Shown here: positions 62,928-64,000 of the stretch, in pieces
How the letters are laid out: each line of letters opens with the position of its first letter
Numbering within the stretch: position 1 is the stretch's first letter
NCBI GenBank assembly: GCA_964651335.1
Contig: CAZYVT010000006.1
Location: 1,659-65,658 of the forward strand
Length of the DNA stretch: 64,000 nt
Source: an uncultured Enterobacteriaceae bacterium
Lineage (GTDB): Bacteria; Pseudomonadota; Gammaproteobacteria; Burkholderiales; SG8-39
Direction of reading: 5' to 3'
Notes under the pieces: model-generated
Database searches by the model: none
Told to the model about the DNA's origin: nothing
Seen by the model: the letters and a program-made list of their open reading frames with translations, nothing else
Program-made: the position numbers and the translations under genes

Positions 62928-64000
62928 CTAGTGGGCGCGCCCGGATGGGACGCGACGCGAGGCAAGCAGCCAGGCGCCGACGGCGAGTGCGGGCACGCCG
63001 AAAACCGCGTACGCCGCCGCATAGCTTCCGGCGAGCGCAAGCGCTGCGTTGAACGCGGGCGGCGTGACCACAACGCCGAGAAACGTGAAGAACAGGCAGC
63101 CACCGGTCGCCTCGCTGATTCTGCCGGCAGGAGCGAGGTGCGCGACTTCAGCGAGAAAGACGCCGTTCCATCCGACCGCGGTTGCGCCAAACCCCGCGGC
63201 GTAAAGGAACAGCAGCCACGGCGGCCAGCCGGATCCCGCAGCGAGCGTGACGAGCGCCGAGCAGCCCATCCCCAGGCCGAGCAGCCCCAGCATCACACGG
63301 CGCGCGAACAACCGGTCGGCAAGTACGCCCCAGAGCACGCGCCCCGCGACGCTCGCCACCTGCGAAACCGCCATCACGAAGCCGGCGAACACCAGCGTCA
63401 TGGCGAAGCTCTCGGTGAGAAAGGTCACCAGGTAGGTGACGAGCGTGATCTGCACGCCGCCGAAGACGAACGAGGTCACTGCCATTTCGCGCAATCTCGG
63501 TTCGCGCAGCACCAGCGCGACCGGGGTAAACGCCGCCGCGACCGAGATCGGCGCGTGCGGATCGAGGCCGCGGTCGTAGCGCGCACGCACGGGCTCGATG
63601 GCAAGCGCGAGCGCGAGGCACGCAAGCCCGATCGCAAGCGCGCTTGCGCGCCAGCCGAACGCAAGGATCAGCGCCGGCACAAGCACGCCGGCAATGGCCC
63701 CCCCGGCTGGAACGCCGCTCTGCTTGATCGAGAACGTGAGCGAGAACATCGACGGCGGCGCGGCGCGCACCAGGATCTGCGAGCTCGCGGGCGTGGCCGG
63801 GCCGTAGCCCAATCCGATCACGAACGCACCCAGCGCAACCAGCGGCAGCAGCGACGAGGCGGCTGCGAGCGCCATGCCGCCGAGGCAGAGCGCGAGCCCC
63901 AGCTGGCTGACGCGGATCGGGCCGAAGCGCGCCACCCAGCCGCCCGCGGTCGCTGAACCGATCATCGAGCCGAGGTACGCGGTGGCGATGAACCAGCCGA
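62928..64000 (-). CDS. MFS transporter (N-terminus beyond the right edge)
   Basis: The hydrophobic polytopic frame stays open to the window end. The ORF-track Met at 63965 is internal, since MFS proteins are about 400 aa. Confidence 0.7.
   Translation of the reverse strand, partial: GWFIATAYLGSMIGSATAGGWVARFGPIRVSQLGLALCLGGMALAAASSLLPLVALGAFVIGLGYGPATPASSQILVRAAPPSMFSLTFSIKQSGVPAGGAIAGVLVPALILAFGWRASALAIGLACLALALAIEPVRARYDRGLDPHAPISVAAAFTPVALVLREPRLREMAVTSFVFGGVQITLVTYLVTFLTESFAMTLVFAGFVMAVSQVASVAGRVLWGVLADRLFARRVMLGLLGLGMGCSALVTLAAGSGWPPWLLFLYAAGFGATAVGWNGVFLAEVAHLAPAGRISEATGGCLFFTFLGVVVTPPAFNAALALAGSYAAAYAVFGVPALAVGAWLLASRRVPSGRAH

Noticed and set aside
1-64000. Scan for CRISPR arrays, tRNA/rRNA genes, IS transposases, integrases and prophage genes.
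   Set aside because: I found no regularly spaced repeats of 25-40 nt, no cloverleaf-like or rRNA-like stretches, and no ORF with transposase, integrase or phage hallmarks. The only mobile-element trace is the intron relic at 25.1-25.4 kb.

Overview
High-GC (about two-thirds G+C), very compact chromosomal segment. Gene order (uvrA <> MFS-ssb), the trimeric-type porin and the gltIJKL genes suggest a betaproteobacterium, but that is inference only. I saw no rRNA, tRNA, CRISPR array or intact transposase/integrase. Most of the window is housekeeping or metabolic: ssb, uvrA, a glutamate hub (acetoacetyl-CoA synthetase, putA, 1608-aa NAD-glutamate dehydrogenase, gltIJKL), metY, ggt, GST, a porin and several alpha/beta hydrolases. 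Four things stand out. (1) There are two paralogous, functionally uncharacterised 'circularly permuted ATP-grasp + alpha-E + transglutaminase' systems: a split version at 36.5-39.0 kb and a DUF2126 / fused / transglutaminase version at 42.9-54.9 kb. (2) The second system is interrupted by a lower-GC islet of about 4-5 kb (46.25-50.4/51.4 kb). It carries a membrane ORF, a CDGSH Fe-S protein, an AAA+ ATPase (DUF4143 type, PD-(D/E)xK-like C-terminus) tightly linked to an orphan 223-aa ORF and preceded by a phased about 23-bp repeat array, a divergent aroQ-like gene and hicBA. The ATPase + orphan pair is my best candidate for an undescribed defence-like module. (3) A decayed accessory patch at 22.5-26.8 kb holds a possible GNAT stub, higBA with a perfect operator palindrome, a conserved 80-aa ORF and a group II intron maturase relic. 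(4) Smaller oddities include an orphan Phd/VapB antitoxin with a VapC C-terminal stub, a two-copy double-hairpin REP-like element with compensatory base changes, and an ECF sigma/anti-sigma module led by an unknown secreted protein. All functional calls come from reading the translated ORFs and motifs by eye; no database search was run.
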